Shown one piece after another: positions 14,617 to 22,909 of a stretch of 32,000 nucleotides of DNA (positions within the stretch are counted from its first letter, which is position 1; each line of letters starts with the position of its first letter). The stretch spans positions 90,001 to 122,000 of the forward strand of contig NZ_CP040006.1 in assembly GCF_005696695.1 (NCBI RefSeq), written 5' to 3'. The translations under genes were made by a program, and so were the position numbers. This DNA is from Schaalia odontolytica (GTDB lineage Bacteria; Actinomycetota; Actinomycetes; Actinomycetales; Actinomycetaceae). Under the pieces are notes generated by a model that was given only the letters and a program-made list of their open reading frames with translations, was not told the origin of the DNA and made no database searches.

Positions 14617-15219
14617 TCACTCGCCCGCCTCGAAGGTGGCCTTCTCAGCCTCGGTGTCCGGCACGAAAGAATCCGTGTCCAGATCCGCCCAGTACTCCTC
14701 GGCCCACGGATCCTCGATCGGCTGCGAACGCTTCCACAGGATGTAGCCCGCGCCGGCGACGGCACCCACCAGGGCCGTCAGGCCGAAGGCGCGGAGCGCG
14801 CGGCACTTGCGGCGCTTACGCGTGGGGGTGGTGAGGGCGACAGCCGACGCCTCGGAAGCGCGACGAGCGCGCTCCGACAGCGAACCGCGAGCCGACAGTG
14901 CGGCGCCCGCCTGGTTGACGGCGAGGGAAGCGCGCGGCAGGTAGTCGTCCACGAGGTGCTCGCGAGCGTTCTCGATCGCGGGGCCGGCCTGCGCGGCAGC
15001 AGCCTGCGCACGAGCGGCGGCGTTCTCGATCGCGGGGGTCGCGTGCTCGATCGCGGAATTCAGCGCGGCCTGAGCGCGAGGCGCGGCCCAGTCGACGCCC
15101 TGGCCAGCCAGATCGGCAGCCCGCACGGCAACCTTGCCGGCGTAAATGGCAGCGGCGTCGCGAAGCTGCTGAGACGATGCGCGCAGCTTCTCTGCATCGA
15201 AAGTCGGCGAAGTAACCAT
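14617..15219 (-). CDS. tail-anchored Ala-rich protein, positional analog of CwsA
   Basis: GGAGA before ATG 15219. Ala-rich, probably helical N-terminal ~150 aa. RKRRKCRALRAFGLTALVGAVAGAGYILW is a C-terminal TM. Divergent from ppiA, as Rv0008c (cwsA) is in M. tuberculosis. Confidence 0.6.
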   Translation of the reverse strand: MVTSPTFDAEKLRASSQQLRDAAAIYAGKVAVRAADLAGQGVDWAAPRAQAALNSAIEHATPAIENAAARAQAAAAQAGPAIENAREHLVDDYLPRASLAVNQAGAALSARGSLSERARRASEASAVALTTPTRKRRKCRALRAFGLTALVGAVAGAGYILWKRSQPIEDPWAEEYWADLDTDSFVPDTEAEKATFEAGE

Positions 15220-15370
15220 GATGTCTCCGATTCTGTCCACAATAAACAGGGGCGCGGACGCGCCACTCACTCCTATTGTGCAACAACGGGCTGTGATCTG
15301 CAGCCCACCGGCTCGCGTGAGGTGCGTGACGGACAGGAAACACCCAGGAAAAGATGCGACCATTACAGTC

Positions 15371-15892
15371 ATGAAAGCTATTCTTCACACCTCCGCCGGC
15401 GACATCACCGTCGAACTGTTCCCCAACCACGCCCCCAACACGGTCAACAACTTCGTGACCCTGGCCAAGGGCGAGCGCGAATGGGTCGACCCCACGACCG
15501 GCCAGAAGACCTCTCGTCCCCTCTACGACGGCACCATCTTCCACCGCGTCATCCCCGGCTTCATGATCCAGGGCGGCGACCCCCTCGGCACCGGCACCGG
15601 CGGCCCCGGCTACCAGTTCAACGACGAGATCCACCCCGAGCTGAACTTCAACGATCCTTACCTGCTCGCCATGGCTAACGCCGGCAAGCGCATGGGCAAG
15701 GGTACCAACGGCTCCCAGTTCTTCATCACCGTGGCCCCCACCCCGTGGCTGCTCGGCAACCACACCATCTTCGGTAAGGTCGCCGACGAGGAATCCAAGC
15801 GCGTCGTCGACGCCATCGCCACCACCCCCACGGGCGCCCAGGACCGCCCCGTGACGGAGCAGGTCATCAACTCCATCGAGATCGTCGACTGA
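15371..15892 (+). CDS. ppiA: cyclophilin-type peptidyl-prolyl cis-trans isomerase
   Basis: Cyclophilin signature FHRVIPGFMIQGGDP, also GSQFFIT and HTIFGKV. ATG 15371 inside ORF 15218..15892. Confidence 0.9.
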   Translation: MKAILHTSAGDITVELFPNHAPNTVNNFVTLAKGEREWVDPTTGQKTSRPLYDGTIFHRVIPGFMIQGGDPLGTGTGGPGYQFNDEIHPELNFNDPYLLAMANAGKRMGKGTNGSQFFITVAPTPWLLGNHTIFGKVADEESKRVVDAIATTPTGAQDRPVTEQVINSIEIVD

Positions 15893-15910
15893 CCCTCTCC
15901 CCTCATCATC

Positions 15911-15974
15911 GACGAGGCCGGGGCCGCCCCCGCTGCTGCGTGCAGTGACCGGGATGGTACGCCCCGGCCTCGTC
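15911..15974 (+). terminator. 14-bp perfect hairpin after ppiA (GACGAGGCCG family)
   Basis: GACGAGGCCGGGGC (15911-15924) pairs with GCCCCGGCCTCGTC (15961-15974), with a 36-nt loop. Lies between the ppiA stop and the rhomboid start. Confidence 0.45.
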
Positions 15975-16001
15975 CCTTACCCGCCTGCTGAAAGGGAAGC
16001 T

Positions 16002-16880
16002 ATGAGCATGCCGAGCTACGGCCAGCGCTCTGATCCGCGCGCCGCCCCCGACTGCCCGCGCCACCCGGGCGTGCGCAGTGTCGACTACTGCAAGCGCTGC
16101 AACCGCCCGATGTGCGTGGACTGCGCGATCCCCACCGAGGTCCGCTCGATCTGCGTGGACTGCACGTCCTCCAAGAAGCGGTGGATGGGCTCCGCCTCGC
16201 GCGCGGCCGCAGCCGGCACGCCGGTCGTCACCTACGCGATGATGGCGATCTGCGTCCTCATGTACGTCGTGACCCTGCTGGCACCCACCACGAAGCTCGA
16301 TCTGGCGCTCGTGCCTGCTGAGCTGATGTCGCACCCGTGGACGGTCCTCACCGGCGCGTTCCTGCACGGGGGCATCATGCACATCCTCTTCAACATGCTC
16401 TCCCTGTACTGGGTGGGGCGCGCGATCGAACCGGTCCTGGGCCGGTGGCGCTTCCTCACGCTCTACCTGGTGAGCGCGCTGGGCGGCTCGGCCTTCATTC
16501 TTGCCTGGTGCCTCATCCAGCCCTCTGAGATCTTCGTGAGCACCGTGGGCGCGTCGGGCGCAGTCTTCGGCCTGTTTGGCGCGGTGTTCGTCCTCCAGCG
16601 CCTGGGCGGCTCAGACACGACCGCGATCCTGACGCTGCTTGGCATCAACCTCGTCTATGGCTTCATGGTCAGCGGCATCTCATGGCAGGGGCACATCGGT
16701 GGTGCGATCGCCGGCGTGGGCGCCACGTGGGTCCTGGTGCGCATGGCCCGCCCGCGTCCGGGCGTCACGCAGGTGTATCAGAACCGGCGCGAAGCGGTCG
16801 TCGCACTCGGCATGATCGCCGGCATGCTCGTGCTCAACGCCCTCGCGTTCCGCGTCTTGTACGAGGTCTACGGCGCGTGA
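16002..16880 (+). CDS. rhomboid family intramembrane serine protease with N-terminal Cys-rich zinc-ribbon-like segment
   Basis: AAGGGA before ATG 16002. CPRHPGVRSVDYCKRCNRPMCVDCA...CVDC. Rhomboid motifs HILFNM, GASGAVFGLFG (GxSG) and WQGHIGGAIAG (catalytic His). Confidence 0.85.
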   Translation: MSMPSYGQRSDPRAAPDCPRHPGVRSVDYCKRCNRPMCVDCAIPTEVRSICVDCTSSKKRWMGSASRAAAAGTPVVTYAMMAICVLMYVVTLLAPTTKLDLALVPAELMSHPWTVLTGAFLHGGIMHILFNMLSLYWVGRAIEPVLGRWRFLTLYLVSALGGSAFILAWCLIQPSEIFVSTVGASGAVFGLFGAVFVLQRLGGSDTTAILTLLGINLVYGFMVSGISWQGHIGGAIAGVGATWVLVRMARPRPGVTQVYQNRREAVVALGMIAGMLVLNALAFRVLYEVYGA

Positions 16881-16927
16881 GCGGTCAACGGCCGACAGGC
16901 GCATGGCATCTAAGGATGACCTAATAT

Positions 16928-16962
16928 AGGAAGGGTCCGGCAAATAGTGCCGGGCCCTTCCT
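16928..16962 (+). terminator. stem-loop after the rhomboid gene
   Basis: AGGAAGGGTCCGGC (16928-16941) pairs with GCCGGGCCCTTCCT (16949-16962), a 14-bp stem with one G-U pair and loop AAATAGT. No U-tract. Confidence 0.5.
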
Positions 16963-16983
16963 CATGCGCCCACAGGAGAGACC

Positions 16984-17745
16984 ATGACCAGCCCCTGGGA
17001 CCTGTACGACCAGCTCATCGACGAGATCCCCGCCGACATCACCGTCACCCAGATCCTCACCGACGGCAAATGGCGCCGCGTCGCTTCCAGCGAAGATGGC
17101 GTCGGCATGGCCTTCGGCATGAACGTCCAGTCGCGCCCGCGCGCCACCGAGGACCCCTCCGACCTCGTCGGCCGTCCCCTGCGCGACGTCGCCGCCCTCG
17201 CCAAGTCCTGGAACTTCGAGGACGCCGGCATCGGCATGGCCGCCGTCAACGCCTACCACTCTCACCCCGTACGCGCCCTCGCCCACGGATTCCGCCCCTG
17301 CAAGGAAAACAACTGGGCGCGCACCTTCCACCCCTACGCCCCCCTCGTCGCCGGCAAACGCGTCGCCGTCATCGGCCACTTCCCCTTCGCGGCCGCCGCC
17401 ATGCCCGACGTCGCCGAGCTCAACATCCTCGAACGCAACGTCCTCGAAGGCGACTACCCCGACTCCGCCTGCGAATACCTGCTCCCCGAAATGGACTACG
17501 TCTTCATCTCCGGATCCGCATTCGTCAACAAGACCATGCCGCGCCTCCTCGCGCTTTCCTCCGACGCCCACACCGTCGTCCTCGGCCCCTCCGCCCCCGC
17601 GTCCCCCGCGATCCTGCATGCCGGCGCCACCACCGTCATGTCCTTCGCCAGCGCCCACCCCGCGCGCCTCGAAGACGGCCTCGCCGGCCGCTCCCTCCTT
17701 GGCATGTACGACGCCGGCATGAGGGTTGAGCTCAGCAGGCCCTGA
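16984..17745 (+). CDS. DUF364/DUF4213-like (putative chelatase-fold, Rossmann-like) protein
   Basis: AGGAGA before ATG 16984. Recalled family features: N-terminal LYDQLIDEIP..., GKRVAVIGHFPF, then YVFISGSAFVNKT. Assignment is from memory of the family, not a search. Confidence 0.55.
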   Translation: MTSPWDLYDQLIDEIPADITVTQILTDGKWRRVASSEDGVGMAFGMNVQSRPRATEDPSDLVGRPLRDVAALAKSWNFEDAGIGMAAVNAYHSHPVRALAHGFRPCKENNWARTFHPYAPLVAGKRVAVIGHFPFAAAAMPDVAELNILERNVLEGDYPDSACEYLLPEMDYVFISGSAFVNKTMPRLLALSSDAHTVVLGPSAPASPAILHAGATTVMSFASAHPARLEDGLAGRSLLGMYDAGMRVELSRP

Positions 17746-17751
17746 CCCGAG

Positions 17752-17789
17752 GACGAGGCCGTGACCCGGTAGTCAGCCACGGCCTCGTC
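17752..17789. terminator. 12-bp perfect hairpin between convergent genes (GACGAGGCCG family)
   Basis: GACGAGGCCGTG (17752-17763) pairs with CACGGCCTCGTC (17778-17789). Confidence 0.5.
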
Positions 17790-17799
17790 GATAGAAATA

Positions 17800-17833
17800 G
17801 TGGGGCGTCCCGGCCGCAGCCGGAACGCCCCAC
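17800..17833. terminator. second hairpin between the DUF364-like gene and crgA
   Basis: GTGGGGCGTCCCGGC pairs with GCCGGAACGCCCCAC, with one mismatch and a 4-nt loop. Confidence 0.5.
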
Positions 17834-17878
17834 ACTCACACTCACTGGAGACGGCAGGCTCGCGCCCACCGCGCCCCG

Positions 17879-18142
17879 TCAACGCCAACGCAGCGTCATC
17901 AGGAAGCCGACCATCATCGTGCCCAGGCCCACCGCGATGTTCCACGCGCCCAGCTTCGGAACCGGGTACGTGCCCGACGAAATGTAGTAGACGACAACCC
18001 ACAGCAGGCCCAGGATCATCAGGGCCACAAACGTGGGCGCCCACCAGGCGGGGCTAAGCGGAATACCGTCAGTCCAGTTCTGGATGTCGGTATCATCCTC
18101 AACCTCGTGCCCATTCTTCTTACGCTTCTTGGATTCGGCCAC
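17879..18142 (-). CDS. crgA: cell division membrane protein CrgA
   Basis: GAGAGGA 6 nt before GTG 18142. 87 aa with a basic N-terminus (ESKKRKKNG) and two TMs (WWAPTFVALMILGLLWVVVYY and NIAVGLGTMMVGFLMTLRW). Conserved position next to the DUF881 gene. Confidence 0.9.
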   Translation of the reverse strand: MAESKKRKKNGHEVEDDTDIQNWTDGIPLSPAWWAPTFVALMILGLLWVVVYYISSGTYPVPKLGAWNIAVGLGTMMVGFLMTLRWR

Positions 18143-18265
18143 GTCGGGTCCTCTCTGCTGGCCCGCGCGGGAAGAAAACCGCCCGGCGGTGATGAATTAG
18201 TCGCAACACTAGCGTAGTCTCGGACGTGGAAAGTGCCAAAGCGCAGCGCCACACAAGGGGGAAAG

Positions 18266-18964
18266 ATGCACGCACGCAGCGTCCGCCACATCGCCGGCGT
18301 GCTCGCCGTGACCATCGCCTCCGGCCTCCTCTTCTCCGTCTCCGCGCTCAACGAACGCAAAAACCCCGCGGCAACCTCCGACCTGTCCACCCTCGTGCGC
18401 AACCGCCAGGAACAGGTCAAAGCCCTCGAAAACGAGGTCTCCGCGCTCGATACGCAGATCCAGAGCTACACCTCCGTCGCCCCCCAATCCGGCGACGAGG
18501 ATGTCTTCACCGCTCGCTCCACCCAAAGCGTCACCGGCCCCGGCGTCCAAATCACCCTCAGCGACGCGCCCCCGGGAGAAATTCCCGAAGGTGCAACCCC
18601 CAACGACCTCGTCATCCACCAGCAGGACATCGAAGACACGATGAACGCGCTGTGGAGCGGAGGCGCCGAAGCCATGACCGTCCAGGGCGTGCGCATCACC
18701 TCGCGCACCGTCATCCGCTGCATCGGCAACGTCATCCTCGTGGACGGAACCAGCTTCTCTCCGCCCTATGTGATCCAAGCAATCGGTGATCCTGCCACCC
18801 TGCGCGCGACGGTTACCGCAAACCCACGTATGGTGAATTATCAGGCCTACGTGACAAAGTACGGCCTCGGGTGGGACATGCAGACCAAAGACTCCCTGAG
18901 CTTCGCGCCCGCAACCACCCCGCTGACCGTCAACTACGCAACCGTGGAGGAATCGAATGGGTGA
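18266..18964 (+). CDS. DUF881 family membrane protein (Rv0012-like)
   Basis: N-terminal TM (IAGVLAVTIASGLLFSV), coiled segment QEQVKALENEVSALDTQIQ, conserved-looking GPGVQITLSD and VNALWSGGAEAMTVQGVRI. Start could be ATG 18266 or GTG 18233. Confidence 0.75.
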   Translation: MHARSVRHIAGVLAVTIASGLLFSVSALNERKNPAATSDLSTLVRNRQEQVKALENEVSALDTQIQSYTSVAPQSGDEDVFTARSTQSVTGPGVQITLSDAPPGEIPEGATPNDLVIHQQDIEDTMNALWSGGAEAMTVQGVRITSRTVIRCIGNVILVDGTSFSPPYVIQAIGDPATLRATVTANPRMVNYQAYVTKYGLGWDMQTKDSLSFAPATTPLTVNYATVEESNG

Positions 18965-19718
18965 ACACGTCGCCCCGACCACGCCGGCTAAGAAAAAACG
19001 CTCCAACATCTTCTGGAACATCGTCGGTGTCGTCGGCGAACTGCTCATCACCTTCGCCATCATCGTCGGCCTCTTCTCCGTCTGGCAGCTCTACTGGACG
19101 ACCTACGAGGTCGCCGGACAGGTCTCCCAGACCATCGCCTCGTACGAAGAAGAACACCAGCCCGCCAAGCGCACCCTCGGCGAAGTGCGCACCGACGACC
19201 CGCCCGCCTTCGACCGCGAAGTCGGCGACGGCGAGGTCTACGGCCTCGTCCACGTGCCCACCTGGGACTGGATGAAGATCCCCCTCGCCGAAGGCACCAC
19301 CTCCTACGTCCTCGACCAGGGATGGGCCGGCCACTACGACATGACCACCCAGCCCGGCGGCGTCGGCAACTTCTCCGTCGCCGGCCACCGCCGCACCTAC
19401 GGCAACAACTTCCGCTGGATCGACCGCCTCACCCAGGGTGACAAGGTCGTCGTGGAAGTCGATGACCACTACCTCGTCTACTCCATGGTCTCCTCCGAGA
19501 TCATCGACGCGACCGACCCCACGCAGATGCGCGTCGTCGCCCCCGTCATCGACGATGTCTCCTGGTCCGAAACCCCCACCGAGCGTTGGATGACCATGAC
19601 CACCTGCCACCCCGAATACGGCAACTGGCAGCGCTACATCGTCCATCTCAAGTTCGAATCCTGGACCCCCAAGGACACGGGCGTCCCCGCCGAACTCGTC
19701 GACGAACCCACGAACTGA
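18957..19718 (+). CDS. srtE: class E sortase
   Basis: GGAGGAA before ATG 18957 (8-nt overlap with the upstream stop). N-terminal TM, FSVAGHRRTYG (His), MTMTTCHP (TLxTC-type Cys) and later Arg (RYIVHL). Genomic context crgA / DUF881 / sortase / trpG as in Streptomyces srtE. Confidence 0.85.
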   Translation: MGEHVAPTTPAKKKRSNIFWNIVGVVGELLITFAIIVGLFSVWQLYWTTYEVAGQVSQTIASYEEEHQPAKRTLGEVRTDDPPAFDREVGDGEVYGLVHVPTWDWMKIPLAEGTTSYVLDQGWAGHYDMTTQPGGVGNFSVAGHRRTYGNNFRWIDRLTQGDKVVVEVDDHYLVYSMVSSEIIDATDPTQMRVVAPVIDDVSWSETPTERWMTMTTCHPEYGNWQRYIVHLKFESWTPKDTGVPAELVDEPTN

Positions 19719-19728
19719 AGGACCTCAC

Positions 19729-19884
19729 ATGTACGCATGGATCTTCCGCCACCTGCCCGGCCCCACCTGGTTCAAGGTCATTGAATCCCTGGCCCTCATC
19801 GGCGCGGCCGTCGCCGCTCTCTTCACCTGGGTCTACCCCTGGGTCCAGTCCTACCTGGAACTGGGACAGTCCTCCGTCGGCTGA
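19729..19884 (+). CDS. 51-aa small membrane protein (below the ORF-track length cutoff)
   Basis: AAGGA (19716-19720) 8 nt before ATG 19729. MYAWIFRHLPGPTWFKVIESLALIGAAVAALFTWVYPWVQSYLELGQSSVG. One TM, codon usage like its neighbours, followed by a terminator hairpin. Confidence 0.55.
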   Translation: MYAWIFRHLPGPTWFKVIESLALIGAAVAALFTWVYPWVQSYLELGQSSVG

Positions 19885-19909
19885 GCCTGAGCCGCTCGCT
19901 TGAGGAGGG

Positions 19910-19935
19910 ACGAGGCCGGGGAGACCCGGCCTCGT
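19910..19935 (+). terminator. 11-bp perfect hairpin after the sortase/small-ORF unit (GACGAGGCCG family)
   Basis: ACGAGGCCGGG (19910-19920) pairs with CCCGGCCTCGT (19925-19935), loop GAGA. Confidence 0.55.
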
Positions 19936-20078
19936 GTCGTATCCACGGACGTTGGCTGGGCTGCGCCGTACGCGACCGCGCGCCCGGAGAGCGGACAGCG
20001 CCCGCGCGCCCACTAGGGGAGCGCCCTACGATGGATGCCGGAGAAGAGGCCACGGCCTCGTACATGAAAGGACCCGCG

Positions 20079-20717
20079 ATGGCACGAATCCTCTGCGTCG
20101 ACAACTACGACTCGTTCGTCTTCACGATCGTGGGCTACCTGCGCCACCTGGGTGCTGTTGTGGACGTTGTGCGTAACGACGTCGTGGATCCCGCGTGGTT
20201 CGAGGCCGGCTACGACGGCGTCCTCATCTCCCCCGGACCCGGCGACCCCAAGAGCGCCGGCGCCTCCCTGCAGACCATCGCCGACTGCGCCGAGCATGGC
20301 ATCCCGATGCTGGGCGTGTGCCTGGGACACCAGTCCCTCGGTGAGCTTTTCGGCGCGACCGTCGGGCACGCGCCCGAGCTCATGCACGGCAAAACCTCCG
20401 TCATTACGCATGACGGGCGCGGCGTCTTTGAGGGCGTGCCCTCGCCGCTGACCGTCACCCGCTACCACTCGCTGACGATCGACCCCGCGACCATGCCCGA
20501 CGAGCTCGAGGTCTCCGCGACCACCGAGTCCGGCATCATCATGGGCGTGCGCCACCGCTCCCTGCCCCTCGAGGGCGTCCAGTTCCACCCCGAGTCCGTC
20601 ATGACCCAGTCCGGGCACCTCATGTTCGCCAACTGGCTGGCCGCCTGCGGCGACGCCGACGCGCGTGAGCGGGCCGTGTCCCTGAAGCCCGTCGTCGCGG
20701 AGCGTTTCAAGCTGTAG
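20079..20717 (+). CDS. pabA: glutamine amidotransferase, aminodeoxychorismate/anthranilate synthase component II
   Basis: AAAGGA before ATG 20079. MARILCVDNYDSFVF, catalytic GVCLGHQ, and VQFHPESV. Equivalent position to trpG (Rv0013). Confidence 0.9.
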   Translation: MARILCVDNYDSFVFTIVGYLRHLGAVVDVVRNDVVDPAWFEAGYDGVLISPGPGDPKSAGASLQTIADCAEHGIPMLGVCLGHQSLGELFGATVGHAPELMHGKTSVITHDGRGVFEGVPSPLTVTRYHSLTIDPATMPDELEVSATTESGIIMGVRHRSLPLEGVQFHPESVMTQSGHLMFANWLAACGDADARERAVSLKPVVAERFKL

Positions 20718-20781
20718 GTTGCGCGGAGGCTTCTTAACGCTGCTGCCGCCGCGCGTGTTGCCCGCGCCCCCGCGCATACAC

Positions 20782-20825
20782 TGAGGCCCGCGCCGGAGGA
20801 TTTCTCCTCGCAGGCGCGGGCCTCA
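20782..20825. terminator. 13-bp perfect hairpin between convergent pabA and pknB
   Basis: TGAGGCCCGCGCC (20782-20794) pairs with GGCGCGGGCCTCA (20813-20825), with an inner GGAGGA-TTTC-TCCTC. Confidence 0.6.
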
Positions 20826-20881
20826 CTGATCAACGGGGACAGCTACGAAGCGGTACTACCGCGACGCGGCCCGGGGCTCAC

Positions 20882-22909
20882 TCAGTGGCCGTTCCCGTTA
20901 TTGTTGCCGTTGTTGCCGCCGTTGTTTCCGTTCTGGCCGCCCTTCGACACCTTCAGCTTCACGGTCGAATTCTTCTCCACCTTCGAACCCTCACCGGGTT
21001 CGACGGAGAGGACCTGGCCGGCGGGCTGGTTGCCTGCGACCTCTTCGATGGTGACGGTCAGGCCCAGGGCCTTGAGCTGCGCCTCGGCGTCCTCACGGCC
21101 CATGCCCACGACGGTGGGAATCTCCACCTGCGCGGCCTTGCCGCTCGAGATGGACACGCCAATGGCGGTGCCCTTCTTCACCTTCGTGCCGGTCGCGGGA
21201 TCCTGCTCGACGATGCGGTCCTTCTCCTTCTCGGAGTCAACGCTCGTCACGTTGCCCAGCTCCAGGCCGACGCCCTTGAGGGTGCTGCGTGCCTGATCCT
21301 GGGTCATGCCCGACAGGTCGGGCACGTCCACCTGATCCGAGCCGGAGGACAGGTAGGCGCGGATCGTCTGGCCGGCCTTCACCTTGGAACCGGGGGAGGG
21401 GTTGGTCTGCGCGACCTTGCCCTCGGGAACGGTGTCGGAGGCGACCTTGCTGGAGTCGAGCTCCCACTTCAGGCCCAGGGCCTCGATCGCCTTACGGGCG
21501 TCGTCGGGGCTCATGCCAACCAGGTTGTCCGGCAGGGTCACCGAATCGGGGCCGGAGGAGATGGTGACGCGAACGGTCGCGCCCTTCTCGGCCTGCGTGC
21601 CCGCAGCGGGGTCGGTGGAGGCCACGGAGCCCTCAGCAACGGTGTCGGAGGCGACCTTGTCGGGGTTGAGCTCCCACGTGAAGCCAGCCTGCTCGATCTG
21701 GGTCTTCGCCTCGGCCTGGGTCAGGCCGACGACGTTGGGAACCGCGATCGACTCGGGCTCGGCGGCACCGCGCGTGAGGGCCCACACCGAGCCGCCGATC
21801 AGCAGCAGGGCGATGAGCAACACGGTCGCGATGATCGCCGTGCGACGCTTGCGGGCCTTGGCAGCCTCGTTCGCGGTGTCATCGGTGGCAACAGCGGGCA
21901 GCGACGTGGAGGTCGCGGCCATCGCCGCGGCGGGCGCGTGGCTGGGGACCGCGGCCATCGGCGTGGTCGCGGCGGTGCGTGCGGACGCCATGCCGGCGGC
22001 GGGCAGGACCTCGGTCGCCCACGAGTCGGCGGGCGGCGCGCCCACGTCGAGGCCTCGGGCCACGCGCTGCAGGTCCGCGAGCATTGCCGCGGCGCTCGGG
22101 TAGCGGTCCTCGCGGTTCTTCGCCAGGGACTTCAGCACCACGCGGTCGAGCGAGTCCGGGATATCGGACAGGATCGACGAGGGAGTGGGCGGGATCTGCT
22201 CAACGTGCTGGTAGGCGACGGCGACGGCCGAGTCACCCTTGAAGGGTGGGCGGCCCGTCAGCAGCTCGAAGAGGACGACACCGGTCGAGTACAGGTCGGA
22301 GCGAGCATCAACGGTCTCGCCGCGAGCCTGCTCGGGGGAGAGGTACTGGGCGGTGCCCACGACGGCGTTCGTCTGCGTCATCGTGGCCTGCGAGTCCGTC
22401 AGGGCGCGCGCGATGCCAAAGTCCATGACCTTGACCTTGCCGTCTGACGTCAGCATGATGTTGCCGGGCTTGATGTCGCGGTGCACCAGGTGGTTCGCGT
22501 GCGAGTACTGGAGGGCAGACAGGACGCCCGACACGATCTCGATGGCCTCGTTGATCGGAACGGCCGTGCCGTCGGAGATCAGGTCCTTGACCGTGTGCCC
22601 CTCGACGTACTCCATGACGATGTAGGGCACCGCGATCGAACGGCCGGTCGCATCCTCGATGATCTCCTCGCCCGTGTCGTACACGGCGACGATGTTCGGG
22701 TGATTCAGCGACGCCGCCGACTGCGCTTCGCGACGGAAGCGCGCCTGGAAGATCGAGTCCTGCGCCAGATCGCGGCGCAGCATCTTGATTGCTACGACGC
22801 GCGACAGGCGAGTGTCGAAGCCCAGGTGGACTTCGGCCATTCCGCCTCGCCCGATGAGCGAGCGGACCTCGTATCGGCCAGCTAGACGGTGGGCCATGGG
22901 CTCTGCCAT
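20882..22909 (-). CDS. pknB: Ser/Thr protein kinase PknB with four PASTA domains
   Basis: GAGGAGG 7 nt before ATG 22909. HRDIKPGN, DFGIA, GTAQYLSPE. One TM (AIIATVLLIALLLIGGSVWAL). Four approximately 68-aa PASTA-like repeats (VPNVVGLTQAEA..., LPDNLVGMSPDDA..., VPDLSGMTQDQA..., IPTVVGMGREDA...). Asn/Gly-rich tail. Confidence 0.95.
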   Translation of the reverse strand: MAEPMAHRLAGRYEVRSLIGRGGMAEVHLGFDTRLSRVVAIKMLRRDLAQDSIFQARFRREAQSAASLNHPNIVAVYDTGEEIIEDATGRSIAVPYIVMEYVEGHTVKDLISDGTAVPINEAIEIVSGVLSALQYSHANHLVHRDIKPGNIMLTSDGKVKVMDFGIARALTDSQATMTQTNAVVGTAQYLSPEQARGETVDARSDLYSTGVVLFELLTGRPPFKGDSAVAVAYQHVEQIPPTPSSILSDIPDSLDRVVLKSLAKNREDRYPSAAAMLADLQRVARGLDVGAPPADSWATEVLPAAGMASARTAATTPMAAVPSHAPAAAMAATSTSLPAVATDDTANEAAKARKRRTAIIATVLLIALLLIGGSVWALTRGAAEPESIAVPNVVGLTQAEAKTQIEQAGFTWELNPDKVASDTVAEGSVASTDPAAGTQAEKGATVRVTISSGPDSVTLPDNLVGMSPDDARKAIEALGLKWELDSSKVASDTVPEGKVAQTNPSPGSKVKAGQTIRAYLSSGSDQVDVPDLSGMTQDQARSTLKGVGLELGNVTSVDSEKEKDRIVEQDPATGTKVKKGTAIGVSISSGKAAQVEIPTVVGMGREDAEAQLKALGLTVTIEEVAGNQPAGQVLSVEPGEGSKVEKNSTVKLKVSKGGQNGNNGGNNGNNNGNGH

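Noticed and set aside
16921-17658. 245-aa minus-strand and 260-aa plus-strand alternative ORFs over the DUF364-like gene
   Set aside because: They have low-complexity Gly/Arg/Pro-rich products. The 16984..17745 frame has an RBS and protein-like composition.
20885-22447. 520-aa plus-strand ORF opposite pknB, and the similar 517-aa ORF 23395..24948 opposite pknA
   Set aside because: These are typical high-GC antisense open frames with Arg/Gly/Ala-rich nonsense composition. The opposite strand carries unmistakable kinase and PASTA motifs.
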